Below are positions 16,951 to 26,338 of a stretch of DNA of 64,000 nt, in pieces. The DNA lies in NCBI GenBank assembly GCA_965248195.1, contig CBDFIQ010000002.1, positions 3,040,001 to 3,104,000 of the forward strand, written 5' to 3'. The first letter of the stretch is position 1. Each line of letters opens with the position of its first letter. A program made the position numbers and the translations under genes. The notes beneath the pieces were generated by a model. It had not been told where the DNA came from. It saw only the letters and a list, made by a program, of their open reading frames with translations, and did not search any database. The stretch comes from Longimicrobiales bacterium (GTDB lineage: Bacteria; Gemmatimonadota; Gemmatimonadetes; Longimicrobiales; Gaopeijiaceae).

Positions 16951-19900
16951 CTGGCTCAAAGGAACGTCGCCTTCTCGCCGTGATGTTCACGGACGTGGTG
17001 GGCTACACGGCGTTGATGCAGCAGGACGAGGAAGCGGCCCGGATCATCCGGCGACGCCACAGAGAGGTGTTGGAGACAGCTGTTTCAGCGCACAGGGGTG
17101 ATCTTCTTCAGTATTTGGGCGATGGAAGCCTCACCATGTTCCCAAGTGTGGTCGATGCGGTACACGCCGCCATCGAGGTTCAACGCGGGCTCCGCCAGGA
17201 ACCCGTCGTCCCGTTACGAATCGGCATCCATCAGGGTGACATCTCCTACGATACCCAGGGGGCCTATGGCGACAGTGTAAACGTCGCCTCTCGAATCCAG
17301 TCACTGGGGACAGCCGGCAGCATCTTGGTCTCTGCCAAAGCTCGTGACGAGATCAAGAACCAGCCTGACATCACTACGACCCCGCTCGGTGAGTTCGAGC
17401 TAAAGAATGTCGAAGAGTCGTTGGAGGTTTACGGGATCGTTGCAGACGAGCTCACCGTCCCGACTCGCAGTGACGTTCTGACAAAGATTCGAGATGCACC
17501 TGCTACTGGGTTGAATGCCACCATCCGCCTGAACACGGCTCTAGAAGGCCGCTACGTCATTGAGCGTGAGCTTGGCGAGGGCGGCATGGCCACCGTCTAC
17601 CTGGCCGATGACCTGAAGCACCAGCGTAAAGTCGCGCTTAAGGTCTTGAAGCCCGAGTTGGCTGCGGTCGTCGGGGCCGAACGCTTCCTGGCCGAAATCA
17701 AGACGACGGCCAACCTGCAGCATCCGCACATCCTGCCGCTCTTCGATTCTGGCGAAGCCGACGGTTTTCTCTTCTATGTGATGCCCTACGTGGAAGGGGA
17801 GAGCCTGCGGGAGAGGCTTGACCGTGAACAGCAGCTTCCGGTGGACGAGGCGGTCAGGATCGTGACGAACGTGGCGGAGGCACTTGACTACGCTCACAGG
17901 CAAGGCGTAATCCACCGAGACATCAAGCCGGCGAATGTGCTCCTACAAGCAGGTAAGCCCGTAATCTCCGACTTCGGCATCGCGCTGGCCCTCAGCGCTG
18001 GAGGCGGGAGCAGGCTTACGGAGACGGGCCTCAGTCTCGGGACGCCGCACTACATGAGCCCGGAGCAGGCCACGGGCGATCAGCATGTGGGTCCGGCCAC
18101 GGACATCTACGCACTCGGCTGCGTGCTCTACGAAATGCTCGTGGGTGAGCCGCCATATACGGGAGGCACGGCGCAGGCGGTCCTGGGGAAGATCATAATA
18201 GGCACTGCGGACCCAGTGACTGAGAGCCGGGCGTCTGTCCCTCGGAATGTGGATGCGGCCATCCGGCGAGCTCTAGAGAAGGTACCTGCCGACCGCTTCG
18301 GCTCAGCGCAAGACTTCGCAGACGCCCTGGCCGATCCGGGGTTCCGGCATGGAGAGGACGCTCTTTCAGCGGTAGCAGCGAGTCCAGGTCCTTGGAGGGG
18401 ACTGTCGATGGCTCTTGGTGCGTTGGCTTTCCTGTTCGGCATCGTCGCTGCGTGGGCGTCTCTCCGGCCTGAGCCGCCCCAGCCGGTGTCCAGGCAGGTA
18501 CTGAGCACGGTGGGGTGGGCCGGTGTGGACCCCGCGTTCGGACAATATGCCGCCGTCGCCCCCGATGGATCGAGCATGATCCTCCCTGTCGGATCGCTGC
18601 CGACCGACGTCCAGCTTGGGCTCAAGATGCGGGGCTCTGCCGAAGTCATGCCCATCCCCGACACTGAGCGGGCCCGAGACGTTGTCTACTCCCCCGACGG
18701 CCAATGGATTGCCTACGTCGTAGGCACAGAGCTCTTGAAGAGGTCCCTTGTGGGCGGCTCTCCAGTGACACTGGCCGAGGACACGGACGTCCGCATTGTC
18801 GGGCTGGCATGGCTCGACGACGGGACCATCCTCTACGAGCAGTTCATCCCTGGGTCCGACCGGCCAGGGAGGATCGTACGGATCTCCGAGGCTGGAGGAG
18901 AGCCTTTGGAGGTGGTCTTTTGGCCCGAGGAAGGTCCGTTCGCGGCGGGGTGGGTGCACGGCCTTCCTGATGCCCGCGGGGCGCTTGTGATCGGCTGCTC
19001 CGGATTTTCCCTGTGTGGCACGCTGGATCGCGCCAATCTCTACGTGCTGGATCTGGAGGATCTCTCTTCCGAGCTCCTCTTAGAGCAGGTCGCCAGAGCG
19101 TGGTACGCACCTACGGGGCACATCGTCTACGTCAACGCGGACGGGGTTGTCTTTGCCCTACCGTTCGACCTCGGCGCACTCAGGCCTGCGGGAAGCGGAG
19201 TTCGTCTCTTCGAGGGCGTCCGCGTTTGTTTTCCCACTGACATGCTGCTGGGTGCTGATGGAACCCTACTCTACGTGGAGGGTGACTGCGCCCCCGAGGG
19301 AGCTTCCCAACTCGTCTGGGTGGATCGGTCCGGGCGCGAAGAGCCGGTGGACGCAAACATGCCTCTGCAACTGTACCGTACGCTCGCGCTGTCGCCCGAC
19401 GACCGACGGCTAGCTGTGACTTTTGAGACGGACAACCCCGCGGAACTGTGGGTGAAGGAGCTCCCCGATGGGCCCTTGGCCCGGCTGACCACTGATCCCC
19501 TCAACACGCGACGGCCGGTCTGGAGTATTGACGGCTCGACGATTGCCTACGTCGCAGCCTCGCCGCTGTCGACCCCCCACGTGCGGACCGTGCGCTCGGA
19601 CGGTGGGTCAGTGGGAGACTTCGAGCTGCTTCTCCAGCGCGAACGAGGCGTCCTCGAGATTCTACATACGCCCGACGGTCGGGGTCTGATTTTCCGCCAG
19701 GGAGATGCAAGCATCGGAGACGCAGATCTTGGGTTCGTGAATCTCGAGACTGGTACCATAGACGAGAGCCTCCTCGCTTCGGAGTTCAACGAGGCGGCCA
19801 TCGCCCTTTCGCCGGACGGAAGGTGGCTCGCATATGTATCCGACCTGACGGGACAGAACGAGGTGTTTGTGCGGCCCTTTCCTTCCCTTGGGAGTGGCAG

Positions 19901-20219
19901 GAGTCAGGTGTCGACGAACGGGGGCATCGAACCGGTCTGGGCCCACCACGGGCGCGAGCTCTTCTATCGGGAGCCCAACAGTGGCTCGATGATGGTCGCG
20001 ACCTACACTTCAGATCCGACCTTCGAGGTCGAAAGTCGGGAGCAGCTCTTCGACGCGGGGCCCTACGCGACGACAAATGGTTGGCGCGGATACGACGTAA
20101 CTAGCGACAATCAGCGCTTCGTAATGATACGGTCCCTCCCCGGCGAAGAGGCGGAAGCGGCTCGCCTGATCCTCGTCCAGAACTTCTTCGAGGAACTAGA
20201 GCGCCTGGTGCCCAATTGA
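16947..20219 (+). CDS. Class III nucleotide cyclase - Hanks Ser/Thr kinase - TM - TolB/PD40 beta-propeller fusion
   Basis: FTDVVGYT, LGDG, LRIGIHQGD, GDSVNVASRI; GEGGMATV, VALK, HRDIKPAN, DFG, YMSPEQ; one TM; SPDGQWIAY/SPDGRWLAY repeats. Confidence 0.93.
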   Translation: MTGSKERRLLAVMFTDVVGYTALMQQDEEAARIIRRRHREVLETAVSAHRGDLLQYLGDGSLTMFPSVVDAVHAAIEVQRGLRQEPVVPLRIGIHQGDISYDTQGAYGDSVNVASRIQSLGTAGSILVSAKARDEIKNQPDITTTPLGEFELKNVEESLEVYGIVADELTVPTRSDVLTKIRDAPATGLNATIRLNTALEGRYVIERELGEGGMATVYLADDLKHQRKVALKVLKPELAAVVGAERFLAEIKTTANLQHPHILPLFDSGEADGFLFYVMPYVEGESLRERLDREQQLPVDEAVRIVTNVAEALDYAHRQGVIHRDIKPANVLLQAGKPVISDFGIALALSAGGGSRLTETGLSLGTPHYMSPEQATGDQHVGPATDIYALGCVLYEMLVGEPPYTGGTAQAVLGKIIIGTADPVTESRASVPRNVDAAIRRALEKVPADRFGSAQDFADALADPGFRHGEDALSAVAASPGPWRGLSMALGALAFLFGIVAAWASLRPEPPQPVSRQVLSTVGWAGVDPAFGQYAAVAPDGSSMILPVGSLPTDVQLGLKMRGSAEVMPIPDTERARDVVYSPDGQWIAYVVGTELLKRSLVGGSPVTLAEDTDVRIVGLAWLDDGTILYEQFIPGSDRPGRIVRISEAGGEPLEVVFWPEEGPFAAGWVHGLPDARGALVIGCSGFSLCGTLDRANLYVLDLEDLSSELLLEQVARAWYAPTGHIVYVNADGVVFALPFDLGALRPAGSGVRLFEGVRVCFPTDMLLGADGTLLYVEGDCAPEGASQLVWVDRSGREEPVDANMPLQLYRTLALSPDDRRLAVTFETDNPAELWVKELPDGPLARLTTDPLNTRRPVWSIDGSTIAYVAASPLSTPHVRTVRSDGGSVGDFELLLQRERGVLEILHTPDGRGLIFRQGDASIGDADLGFVNLETGTIDESLLASEFNEAAIALSPDGRWLAYVSDLTGQNEVFVRPFPSLGSGRSQVSTNGGIEPVWAHHGRELFYREPNSGSMMVATYTSDPTFEVESREQLFDAGPYATTNGWRGYDVTSDNQRFVMIRSLPGEEAEAARLILVQNFFEELERLVPN

Positions 20220-20220
20220 G

Positions 20221-20286
20221 GCTCAGATCCCCTGGCTTCGCGTCTTCGTGGAAGGCGTGGTGATCGTGGGCGGACTGGAGAACTAG
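20221..20286 (+). pseudogene. Short gene stub (QIPWLRVFVEGVVIVG)
   Basis: Resembles, from recall, the N-terminus of a multicopy membrane-protein family of Gemmatimonadota; stop after 21 codons. Confidence 0.45.
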
Positions 20287-20379
20287 CGGCCCCGCAGCAA
20301 TCGTAGCTGGGGCTCCTGCCATTGCAGCCGGCGGTCCGCACCCTGTTCATCCCTTAACTACGCCGAGCCGGCCCGGCTG

Positions 20380-20401
20380 TGTGTACGTTGTTGTGTACGT
20401 T
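20380..20401 (-). repeat. Right copy of 22-bp inverted repeat
   Basis: TGTGTACGTTGTTGTGTACGTT = reverse complement of 16718-16739. Confidence 0.92.
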
Positions 20402-20469
20402 CAAGCTCGAAATGGCCGCAGAACCGAGATGGCCGTTTTTCGTTATGCCACGAAGCGAAGGTGAGAAGG

Positions 20470-21666
20470 CTAGCTGGACTCGAAGGCCACTCTGCGCTCG
20501 AGAAACCCCCGAACTTCACCCTCAGTGTAGCCCAATTCAGCTAGGACCTCGCCAGTGTGTTCACCCGCCGCGGGCGGCGGGCGGGTGCCTCGAGGCCTCT
20601 CACCGTCCACGCGCAGCGGCAAGGCGACGTCCTGGTAGTTGGAAACCTCAGGATGAGCGGCCATTGGGAGTAATCCGGCTTCAGCCACCTGGGGATGTGC
20701 GGCCACCTCTGCCATGTTCTGGATGGGCGAGCACGGAACCGCGTGGTCGTGCATGAGCTCGAGTAAATCCTCGGTGCTGTGACCCTTGGTTCGGCTTTCG
20801 AGAAGCTCGGAAAGCTCGTCTCGGTTCGCCACTCGGTCCGGATTGGTGAGAAAGCGGGGATCTTCACCCAGCTCGCTGAGCCCGAGGGCGTCGCACAGCC
20901 TCACGAAAATCCGGTCACTCCCGCCTGAGATCATCACGCTCCCATCGGCGGTCTGGAACGCCTGATACGGTACGATGGAGTCCATGGCCGACCCCATGGG
21001 GCCCGGCACGTCGCCCGTGGCGAAGTAGCCTATCATGTGATACGCCACCCACCCGACGGCTGTATCGAGGAGCGCCGCGTCCAGTTTGGCACCGCGGCCC
21101 GTCGCATCTCGGGTGCGTAGAGCACTGAGGATTGCGATCGTCGACCACATGCCGGTGCCGAAGTCCACCACGGATCCACCGACTCGGGCGGGCGGGGCCC
21201 CCGGATTGCCGGTCACCGACATGATCCCGGAAAAGGCCTGCATGAGTGGGTCATATCCCGGAAGCTCGCGCATCGGACCTCGGTCGCCGTACGCGCTGAT
21301 CGACAGATAGATGATGTCCTCTCGGAGCGCCCGGATCGTTTCGTAGTCATACTCCAATCGCTCCGGGACGCCGAAACGCGCCGACTGAACGAGGACGTCG
21401 GACTCGCCCGCGATCCGATGAAGGATCCCCCGCCCTTCCGGACTCTTGAGGTCTAGGATGATGCTTCGCTTGTTGCGGTTCGCCGACAAGAAAAGTGTGC
21501 TGTCGCTTCCCCAGAAGGGCGGTCCCCACGCTCTTCCAGGGTCACCGCCGGGCGCCTCCACCTTGATGACGTCCGCCCCGAGGTCTCCCAGGATTTGAGC
21601 GCACAGGGGTCCGGCGAGATTCTGGGTCAGATCGCAGACTCGTACGCCATGAAGGGAGGGAGTCAC
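20470..21666 (-). CDS. CaiB/BaiF class III CoA-transferase
   Basis: LAGPLCAQILGDLGADVIKVE, NRNKRSIILDLK, PGYDPLMQAFSG, GEHTGEVLAELGY. Confidence 0.95.
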   Translation of the reverse strand: MTPSLHGVRVCDLTQNLAGPLCAQILGDLGADVIKVEAPGGDPGRAWGPPFWGSDSTLFLSANRNKRSIILDLKSPEGRGILHRIAGESDVLVQSARFGVPERLEYDYETIRALREDIIYLSISAYGDRGPMRELPGYDPLMQAFSGIMSVTGNPGAPPARVGGSVVDFGTGMWSTIAILSALRTRDATGRGAKLDAALLDTAVGWVAYHMIGYFATGDVPGPMGSAMDSIVPYQAFQTADGSVMISGGSDRIFVRLCDALGLSELGEDPRFLTNPDRVANRDELSELLESRTKGHSTEDLLELMHDHAVPCSPIQNMAEVAAHPQVAEAGLLPMAAHPEVSNYQDVALPLRVDGERPRGTRPPPAAGEHTGEVLAELGYTEGEVRGFLERRVAFESS

Positions 21667-21773
21667 GAAGTAACCTCAGACCTCTTCACAAAGAAAAGCC
21701 AGACGGAATCACGAAGCGACCTCAGGCGTCGTCATGAAGCAAACTCGGACAGAGTCACGAAGCAATCTCAAAA
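21663..21773. repeat. Five degenerate 23-bp tandem units, consensus approx. TCACGAAGCAACCTCAGAC
   Basis: Units start at 21663, 21686, 21709, 21732, 21755 (exact 23-bp period). Confidence 0.8.
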
Positions 21774-22942
21774 AGACCCGCTGCACCCATGCCTTTGGCA
21801 ACACACATCGTGCAAACTACGTATTTGGCTCCCCTACGTTTCCCCTCGATGAGGGCATGCCCGACCATTCGGGCGCCGCTCATGCCAAACGGATGGCCTA
21901 TGGAAATGGCACCACCGTTTACGTTCAAACGGTCGGGGGGAATGCCTAACTGATCCCGACAATAGACCGCCTGGGATGCGAAAGCTTCGTTGAGCTCCCA
22001 CAAGTCGATCTGCTCCATCGTCATACCGAACCGTTCCAGTAAACGCGGTACGGCATACACCGGCCCGATACCCATCTCATCAGGCTCACACCCGGCAACC
22101 GTATATCCCCGAAAAATCCCAAGGGGCTCGAGCCCGCGCCGTTCAGCCAGCGAAGAGTCCATCACGACACAAGCCGACGCACCATCGGAAAGCTGACTCG
22201 CATTCCCCGCGGTCACACTTTTCTCTTCACCAAGAACCGGTTTCAACGCCGCGAGCGCTGCCAAGGTCGTTTCGGGTCGGTTCCCCTCGTCCTTGGTCAG
22301 GGTCACCTCTTCGTAGGTCACCTCGTCGGTTTCCTTGTCGTAGATCTTCTTGATACTGGGCAAGAGAACGATTTCATCGTCGAATCGACCCTCGTCTTGG
22401 GCAGCAGACGTTTTCTGCTGGCTCTCCAATGCGAATTGGTCCTGGGCTTCACGGGAGATCTGGTATCGTTCGGCCACGACTTCGGCCGTTTCAAGCATTG
22501 AGTCATAAATGGAGGGTTTGTTCTCCAACAACCATTCGTTCTGTGCATAGGACTGATTTCTCTCTTCCCGTCCGGTGAGAGAGATCGATTCCAATCCGCC
22601 CGCCACCATGATGGGAACCCGATCGACAATCACCCGATGCGCCGCAGTCGCGATGGCTTGCATCCCCGACGAACAATCTCGTGAAATGACGGCCCCGGCA
22701 GCGCTAGCGGGCAATCCTGCCCGACATGCGGCTTGCCGACCGATATTGAACCCGGTCGCCCCTTCGGGTCCCCCACATCCAAGGATCACGTCCTCGACTT
22801 CTGTGGGGTCGACCCCGGCCCGTTCGACCGCATGCCGAATCACATGACCACCCAAGTCGGCACCATGAGTGTGATTGAAGGCACCTCGCTTGGCCCTTCC
22901 GATCGGTGTCCGTGCTGTAGACACGATGACGGCTTCTCTCAT
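21755..22942 (-). CDS. Acetyl-CoA C-acyltransferase (thiolase)
   Basis: ARTPIG, RDCSSG (catalytic Cys), [34 protein letters not shown]. Confidence 0.96.
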   Translation of the reverse strand: MREAVIVSTARTPIGRAKRGAFNHTHGADLGGHVIRHAVERAGVDPTEVEDVILGCGGPEGATGFNIGRQAACRAGLPASAAGAVISRDCSSGMQAIATAAHRVIVDRVPIMVAGGLESISLTGREERNQSYAQNEWLLENKPSIYDSMLETAEVVAERYQISREAQDQFALESQQKTSAAQDEGRFDDEIVLLPSIKKIYDKETDEVTYEEVTLTKDEGNRPETTLAALAALKPVLGEEKSVTAGNASQLSDGASACVVMDSSLAERRGLEPLGIFRGYTVAGCEPDEMGIGPVYAVPRLLERFGMTMEQIDLWELNEAFASQAVYCRDQLGIPPDRLNVNGGAISIGHPFGMSGARMVGHALIEGKRRGAKYVVCTMCVAKGMGAAGLFEIAS

Positions 22943-23006
22943 CCCACTTGCCTCTATGATTTGAACCCGGATCCGTCAGGAACTCATGCTGTAATCGGCC
23001 TGATAA

Positions 23007-25124
23007 CTAAGCGGCCACGTGGTCCTGTCGCACAAAATCCCGGAACGATTTTCCTTCCCTCGCGAGCTCGCGCAACAAAGGCGCGGGCTCGAGATCGGGG
23101 TCATCATACTCCTTCGAAAAGCGTTCCAAATCGTCCACGATCATCTTCAGTCCGATCTGATCCGCATAGTAGGTCAGCCCGCCCCGATAAGTAGGCCAAC
23201 CGTAGCCGTACACCCAGATCACGTCGATGGCGGCAGCTCGTAGCACAATGCCCTCATCCAATATTTGCGCCGCCTCGTTCACCATCGTGTAAAGCATTCG
23301 CCTCAGCATGTCGTCCTGAGAAATTTCCTTGCGAGTGATTCCCGCATTCTTGGAAACATCCCGGATGATTTGTTCTACCTCCGCATTGCGAATGGGCGTT
23401 CGGCTGCCATCCCTGTAATCGTAGAACCCTCCTCCCGTTTTCTGGCCCCGGCGACCACGCTTGCAGAGCTGGTGCCGAATATTCGTGTCTTTGTCGGGGG
23501 TCTCATCTCCCAACCAGCCGATATCCAAACCCGCTAGATCGCGCATCTCAAAGGGACCCATCGGAAAACCGAAATCGAAAACGACCCGGTCGATCTCATG
23601 GGGCATCGCGTTCTTCAGAAGCAGATCCTCGGATTGTCGCATGCGCGCGGAAAGAATCCGATTGCCCACGAATCCACGACACACTCCCACGACCACCGCA
23701 ACTTTGCCGATGTCTGTGCCCAGTTTCATGCACGTCGCGATCACTGTATTCGACGTCTGATCCCCTCGCACGATCTCCATCAGGCGCATGACGTTCGCCG
23801 GACTGAAAAAGTGCAGGCCTATCACGTCCTGCGGGCGAGACGTCACAGCCGCGATCTCGTTGATGTTCAGATAGGAGGTATTGGAAGCCAAGACACAGCC
23901 TGGTTTGCAAATGTTGTCGATCATCTCGAAAACCGACTTCTTGAGGTTCATGTCTTCAAAGACGGCTTCGACAACCAGGTCCACGTCGGATAGAGCTTGA
24001 TAGTCCAAAGATCCCGTCAGCAAGGCCATTCGCTGCTTCGCATCGTCTTCGGTAATCCGCCCCTTTTTGGCAGTGGTGGCATAGTTTCTTTCGATGATTC
24101 CGAGCCCACGATCTAAGGCCTCTTGGGTCGCTTCCAAGAGGGTGACCGGAATCCCCCGGTTGAGGAAATTCATCGAAATTCCGCCACCCATGGTCCCCGC
24201 ACCGATCACACCCACGCTCTTGATTTCACGGGTGGGTGTGTCTTTGGGGACATCGGGTATTTTCTTGGCCTGTCGCTCGGCAAAAAAGAAAAATTGTTGT
24301 GCCCTTGCCTCCGGACTGGTTTGGCACTCCTCGAATAACCGTCGCTCGTTTCGTAAGGCCTCGTCGAAGGGTAAACGAACAGCTGCTTCCACCGACTGGA
24401 TGATCGCTTCCGGAGCCTTGAATCCTCGGGTTTTTCGAGCGATGGATTTGCGAAAGTCATCAAAAATTGCGGGGTTTTCTCGGGCACTCTCCAGTTTTTC
24501 GTCGAGATCCCGAATCTTGACCAAGGATCTGTTCTCGCTGACCACTTTCTTGGCGAATGCGATTGCACCTGACAAGAGATCCCCTTCCACGATTTCATCC
24601 ACGAGGCCTCCGGCGAAGGCTTGTCTCGCCGAAATAGGATTTCCGGATGTCATCATTTCCAAGGCCTTTTGCACCCCCATCACCCGCGGAAGTCGAACCG
24701 TACCACCCGCCCCAGGGATGATCCCCAGCTTCACCTCGGGCAGCCCGAGTTTCGCCGAAGGCGCGGCCACTCGGTAATGACAACCCAGCGCCGTCTCCAG
24801 CCCACCGCCGAGCGCCGTCCCATGTATGGCCGCAATAACGGGCTTCGACGCCCCTTCGAACTCTTCAATCAAGCCGGTCGTCGTAGGCGCCTCGGGCACC
24901 TTCGGATTGGCGAATTCGGTGATGTCCATACCGGGGAAGAAGGTCCGCCCCTCACAATGAAGCACGATGGCCTGCGCGTTTTCGTCGCTTTGAGCCATCT
25001 CCAGACCGTCGACGAGTCCCTGCCGGACGTGGTAGCTCATGGCATTGACCGGAGGATTGTTCGAAATGAGGATGCCAACACCGTCTTTGAGGTCATAGGA
25101 AACGGATTGGCTCAACTCTTTCAT
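23007..25124 (-). CDS. Enoyl-CoA hydratase / 3-hydroxyacyl-CoA dehydrogenase bifunctional enzyme (FadB-like)
   Basis: NPPVNA, ALGGGLE, PEVKLGIIPGAGGT; GAGTMG, EAVFED, ASNTS, HFFSPA, GFVGNR. Confidence 0.95.
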   Translation of the reverse strand: MKELSQSVSYDLKDGVGILISNNPPVNAMSYHVRQGLVDGLEMAQSDENAQAIVLHCEGRTFFPGMDITEFANPKVPEAPTTTGLIEEFEGASKPVIAAIHGTALGGGLETALGCHYRVAAPSAKLGLPEVKLGIIPGAGGTVRLPRVMGVQKALEMMTSGNPISARQAFAGGLVDEIVEGDLLSGAIAFAKKVVSENRSLVKIRDLDEKLESARENPAIFDDFRKSIARKTRGFKAPEAIIQSVEAAVRLPFDEALRNERRLFEECQTSPEARAQQFFFFAERQAKKIPDVPKDTPTREIKSVGVIGAGTMGGGISMNFLNRGIPVTLLEATQEALDRGLGIIERNYATTAKKGRITEDDAKQRMALLTGSLDYQALSDVDLVVEAVFEDMNLKKSVFEMIDNICKPGCVLASNTSYLNINEIAAVTSRPQDVIGLHFFSPANVMRLMEIVRGDQTSNTVIATCMKLGTDIGKVAVVVGVCRGFVGNRILSARMRQSEDLLLKNAMPHEIDRVVFDFGFPMGPFEMRDLAGLDIGWLGDETPDKDTNIRHQLCKRGRRGQKTGGGFYDYRDGSRTPIRNAEVEQIIRDVSKNAGITRKEISQDDMLRRMLYTMVNEAAQILDEGIVLRAAAIDVIWVYGYGWPTYRGGLTYYADQIGLKMIVDDLERFSKEYDDPDLEPAPLLRELAREGKSFRDFVRQDHVAA

Positions 25125-25243
25125 TTGAATCCTTGGGAAACAAGCCGGGGGAGACCACCGCCAAAATATATGCGAACCCGCCAGCCGCTTGCTACTCAAT
25201 GACGACTCGCCCTGGAGAGTCTGAGACGCTTGTCGGCTCTTCA

Positions 25244-25331
25244 ATTCTTGCCAGCCCCCTCGTCGGGGCTCATGGTGTCGGTCCTTGTCACGTCTCCGCA
25301 AACGAGGGGAAATCATGATTCGGTCGGGACG
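25244..25331 (+). repeat. Promoter+leader+first six codons shared with 9559-9657
   Basis: TTGCCA-N17-CATGGT and ATGATTCGGTCGGGACG identical at both loci. Confidence 0.85.
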
Positions 25332-26250
25332 AGCAGGATTGCTAGTTCTCATAGCGTGGGGTCTGACACTCGCGTGTGCTCCGGCGGGCAGCGCGCAGCA
25401 GGCTGATGGTTACGCGCGTTCCAGCACGGGGACGCGGGTGCTGGAGCTCGCCAGCGGTACGGTGATCAAGATGTTGCTCGACGCGAGCAACCTCGGAAGT
25501 GACGAGATCGAGGTCGCGGAGATCACGTTCGCGGTGGGCCCGAGCCCGACTACCGGCCACCACCACGGCGCGATGGAGATCTTCTACATCGTCGAGGGGG
25601 TGCTCGGCCACGTGGTGAACGGAGTCGAGCATCGGCTCGATCCGGGCATGGCTGGCGTCGTGAAACCCAGTGACGAGATCATCCATCGCGTGCTGAGCGA
25701 CGTGCCGGTGAAGGCGCTCGTGCTCTGGGTACCGGGCAGCGAGGGGGACAGGATCGCTCCGTCGGATCGCTGGACGCGCGTGGGAGCGAGGCTCTCGGGC
25801 TCCCCTCTGACCGTGGCGGCGGGCGTCGAGGCTCAGGGCGACGAGGAGCGCGCGGTGATCGCCGCCGCCCAGGCCTTGTTCGACGCCATGGAGGATCTGG
25901 ATCCTGAGGCCTTACGGAACTCGATGGTTCCCGACGGATTCCTCCTGTCGGTCGGGCTCGAGACCACACGGCGGACCACCCGAGATGATTTCGCGGCCCG
26001 CGTCGCAGACCAGACGAGGCCCATGATCGAGCGCATGTGGGATCCGGAGGTCCGCATCGATGGGCCGGTCGCCACGCTCTGGGCACCCTATGACTTCTAC
26101 AGCGCTCTGGAGTTCAGCCACTGCGGAACCGACGCCTTCCAGCTGGCCAAGACACGGCAGGGCTGGAAGGTGGTCATGGTGAGCTACACGGTGCAGATGC
26201 CGCCGAGCTGCAGCACCCACCCCGACGGTCCCCCAGAACCTACTGATTAG
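25315..26250 (+). CDS. Exported cupin + NTF2/SnoaL-like two-domain protein
   Basis: GHHHGAMEIFYIVEG...IHRV cupin; C-terminal ERMWDPEVRIDGPVATLWAPYDFY...FSHCGTDAFQL...GWKV. Confidence 0.8.
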   Translation: MIRSGRAGLLVLIAWGLTLACAPAGSAQQADGYARSSTGTRVLELASGTVIKMLLDASNLGSDEIEVAEITFAVGPSPTTGHHHGAMEIFYIVEGVLGHVVNGVEHRLDPGMAGVVKPSDEIIHRVLSDVPVKALVLWVPGSEGDRIAPSDRWTRVGARLSGSPLTVAAGVEAQGDEERAVIAAAQALFDAMEDLDPEALRNSMVPDGFLLSVGLETTRRTTRDDFAARVADQTRPMIERMWDPEVRIDGPVATLWAPYDFYSALEFSHCGTDAFQLAKTRQGWKVVMVSYTVQMPPSCSTHPDGPPEPTD

Positions 26251-26301
26251 TGGACCTGGTAGCTCATGGTATTAACCGGAGGATGCGGAGCACTAGGGTA
26301 C

Positions 26302-26338
26302 TTGCCACTCCACACTCCTTAGACGCATCTTGTGTTCC
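26302..26338 (+). promoter_or_regulatory. Promoter module copy 3 (TTGCCA-N18-CATCTT-N7-ATG)
   Basis: Spacer CTCCACACTCCTTAGACG nearly identical to copies at 39744 and 42297. Confidence 0.65.

Noticed and set aside
16947..17460. Pycsar/anti-phage cyclase system
   Set aside because: No adjacent cNMP-binding effector; the domain is fused to a membrane sensor kinase.
21663..21773. CRISPR array interpretation of the 23-bp array (and of the 18-bp repeats at 48766)
   Set aside because: Units are contiguous with no spacers, and no cas genes are present.
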